Of a DNA stretch of 64,000 bases, positions 61,741 to 64,000 are shown piece after piece. Under the pieces are notes generated by a model that worked only from the letters and a program-made list of their open reading frames with translations, did not search any database and was not told the origin of the DNA. Numbering within the stretch: the first letter of the stretch is position 1; each line of letters starts with the position of its first letter. The translations under genes were made by a program, and so were the position numbers. The stretch covers positions 1,054,001 to 1,118,000 of the forward strand of contig NC_089429.1 of NCBI RefSeq assembly GCF_026210795.1. Reading direction: 5' to 3'. The DNA comes from Rhizophagus irregularis (lineage: Eukaryota).

Positions 61741-63354
61741 TTACAAATAATTATCTTTTATATAATTATATGCATTAATATATAAATTAGTATAATATGA
61801 TTGAACTATAATATTATGTAATTTAAATTCATTTACTTCATCTTTTAAACAAAATAATTCAATTTCATCCCTAGTATAAACATCTATATCTAAAATAGCC
61901 AAATATTTGACCCTTTCCTTCTTCATAATATATTTCTTTATACAAAATAAAGTCTTCTCATTCCTATCCAATACTATATTTTTAATTAACAATTTTTTAA
62001 TAAAAGTATTTTGTGAATTTTTTAAAAATATTTCCAGATCAATTATCCCAAAAGAAAGAGCTAAACTTAAATATTCTAATTTAGGAGGAAGAACTTGTCC
62101 TAAATTTTGTAATACAATTGAGCTTAAATCAATACAATCATTATAATCAATAGTAAGATAATTAATATTATGTTGATTATTTTTAATGATTGAGTAAATA
62201 TTATTATCACCAGGTAAACCCAAACCAAAATATCTAATCCTTTTACAATATTTCATAATGAACTTGAATAATTGTTGTTTTTGTTCAATAAATTCGGTAT
62301 CATTTTCAAAAAAAAACCCAAAATTTTCTAAACAATCACCAAATTTCTCTAATAGTAATTGTAATGACTCAACATGTAATATTTCATCTATAAATAAAGA
62401 TATCAATTTAAAAGGTTTAATAACCTTAATAATTTGTTGAACAAAATCAGAATTTAAAGAATCACAGTAAAGAATATGAATAGAATCTAAAACATTCAAT
62501 TGATCAAAAATTTCTTGTAAAATATTAACTATATTTTTAAAATCAATGTAATAAAATATAATTGTATTTAAAGTATTTGAACAATTCGAATTTTTTAAAG
62601 ATAAAAATGGATTATATATATTAGCATAATACCCAAATAAAATTTTTTTGAGACCATTTTGTGAAATAATCATTTGTGATATATATTTTTCAATTAATAA
62701 ATAATCATTGATGAAACGATTTCGTTTATAAAATTTAATTACAAATGATGAGATTGATTTGCAATTACTAGAATATAAAAATTTCAAAAATGAAATAAGA
62801 TTTTGAGTTATAATAATAGAAAAATCTAAAGTTAAATTTCTGATATGGCATGTAAGATTTTGATTTTGTAAAATCTTCATATTATTTAAATACCTATAAC
62901 CTGTAAAAGGTAGTACAACTTCAAGAGAATGTAAATTTCCTTCATTTTCAATGAACACTTCAAATAATGATCTATAAACTAAGTCTTCTAGCTTATAATT
63001 GCATTTGCCAATCCAATTTACAATAGAATTACAAATTTTATTTGTATCTAAGTATTTAATAAAACTAGGATAATTGAATAATGTATTTGTAAATTTTAAA
63101 TCATTATTAATTTCATATTCATTAAATTTTGCTTTACTATTTTCATTTAAAAAGTGTAAATAAATTTTAATACAATGATAATTTTGAGTAGGAGCTGAAA
63201 ATGGATCTTCCCATAATATCGGAATGGCTAAACGACACCATAATCTATTAACTAAAATACATGAATACAATGTTGAAAAATCTTTTCTTAAATACTGTAT
63301 AATTTCTTCTGTTAATTCAGGTAATTCCCCAGAAAATAATTTTGAAAACGCCAT
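61741..63354 (-). CDS. F-box-like domain protein (537 aa, intronless)
   Basis: MAFSKLFSGELPELTEEIIQYLRKDFSTLYSCILVNRLWCRLAIPILWEDPF; paralogue of the three upstream copies. Confidence 0.85.
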   Translation of the reverse strand: MAFSKLFSGELPELTEEIIQYLRKDFSTLYSCILVNRLWCRLAIPILWEDPFSAPTQNYHCIKIYLHFLNENSKAKFNEYEINNDLKFTNTLFNYPSFIKYLDTNKICNSIVNWIGKCNYKLEDLVYRSLFEVFIENEGNLHSLEVVLPFTGYRYLNNMKILQNQNLTCHIRNLTLDFSIIITQNLISFLKFLYSSNCKSISSFVIKFYKRNRFINDYLLIEKYISQMIISQNGLKKILFGYYANIYNPFLSLKNSNCSNTLNTIIFYYIDFKNIVNILQEIFDQLNVLDSIHILYCDSLNSDFVQQIIKVIKPFKLISLFIDEILHVESLQLLLEKFGDCLENFGFFFENDTEFIEQKQQLFKFIMKYCKRIRYFGLGLPGDNNIYSIIKNNQHNINYLTIDYNDCIDLSSIVLQNLGQVLPPKLEYLSLALSFGIIDLEIFLKNSQNTFIKKLLIKNIVLDRNEKTLFCIKKYIMKKERVKYLAILDIDVYTRDEIELFCLKDEVNEFKLHNIIVQSYYTNLYINAYNYIKDNYL

Positions 63355-64000
63355 GTTGGTTAAAGGAAATTTCGTTTCAAATATTTCAAAAAATAATTTA
63401 TTAATTTTCGGAGTTGTAGTAGGTGTTGTACAATTTTAATTAATATTCCATAAAAAGACAACAATAGAACTAAAAATAACATGTAAATCATTCCTTTTCT
63501 GCTCCCATCCATCTGATCGACAAGAGACATGATTTGTCAATCAAGTGGATGGGTGATTCCCCTGATTCCGGCCTACTAATCTTATTTGTTACAGCGTATG
63601 AAATCATAAACCAAATTCTTATTATTTAAATACATAATTATTTGTGACTATTTGCAAAATTAATAAAAAAGATTAAAATTCCATAATTAATTAACTTATT
63701 ATAAGCAAGTTTATCGTGTAATTTCAAGTTTTGGTTATGATTCCGTATATATTAAGTATTATTAGATCACGTTATTTTTAATTTTCTCGAATCAAATTAA
63801 AAATTATATTTTGTCTTTTTAATTATACTAAATTTTAATGATAAAAAAACATGATTCTATTTTAGTCCCTATGTTTTTATAAATTAATAATATTTTCCTC
63901 AATAATCTTTGAAAAATAAAGTAAACTACCGATGATGATCACTGAACCTGCGAATAACCTAAAAACAATAAAACCTTAAAATAATTAAAATATGATGATT

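Noticed and set aside
1..64000. tRNA, rRNA or snRNA genes
   Set aside because: No convincing T-loop/cloverleaf or rRNA-like segment was seen by eye. A tRNAscan-SE/Infernal run would be needed to exclude them.

Overview
This is very AT-rich eukaryotic DNA with short GT-AG introns. The gene families (intronless F-box-like paralogues, TKL-type kinases with an HRD[LF]HSGN loop, Crinkler-like relics) point to an arbuscular mycorrhizal fungus (Glomeromycotina, Rhizophagus-like); this is inferred, not verified. The window is a repeat-rich gene birth-and-death region. Host genes: four intact F-box-like genes plus one pseudogene (all minus strand), two apparently intact protein kinases, and decayed cytochrome P450, aldo-keto reductase and PD-(D/E)xK/Crinkler-like genes. 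Mobile DNA: a full-length ~9.2 kb LINE with a 13-bp TSD whose ORF2 is split by a CACTA-type MITE, two non-autonomous Helitrons, and hAT, Mutator and Tc1/mariner-type MITEs, several nested. Two observations stand out. (1) Two divergent members of a poly(A)-tailed retroposed family encode only a LINE-ORF1-like protein; one has a perfect 17-bp TSD. They may be an ORF1-only ('Half-L1'-like) non-autonomous retrotransposon family in fungi. (2) One Helitron carries a periodic array of about 8 mutually similar micro-exon/intron units. All calls are by eye; no database searches were run.
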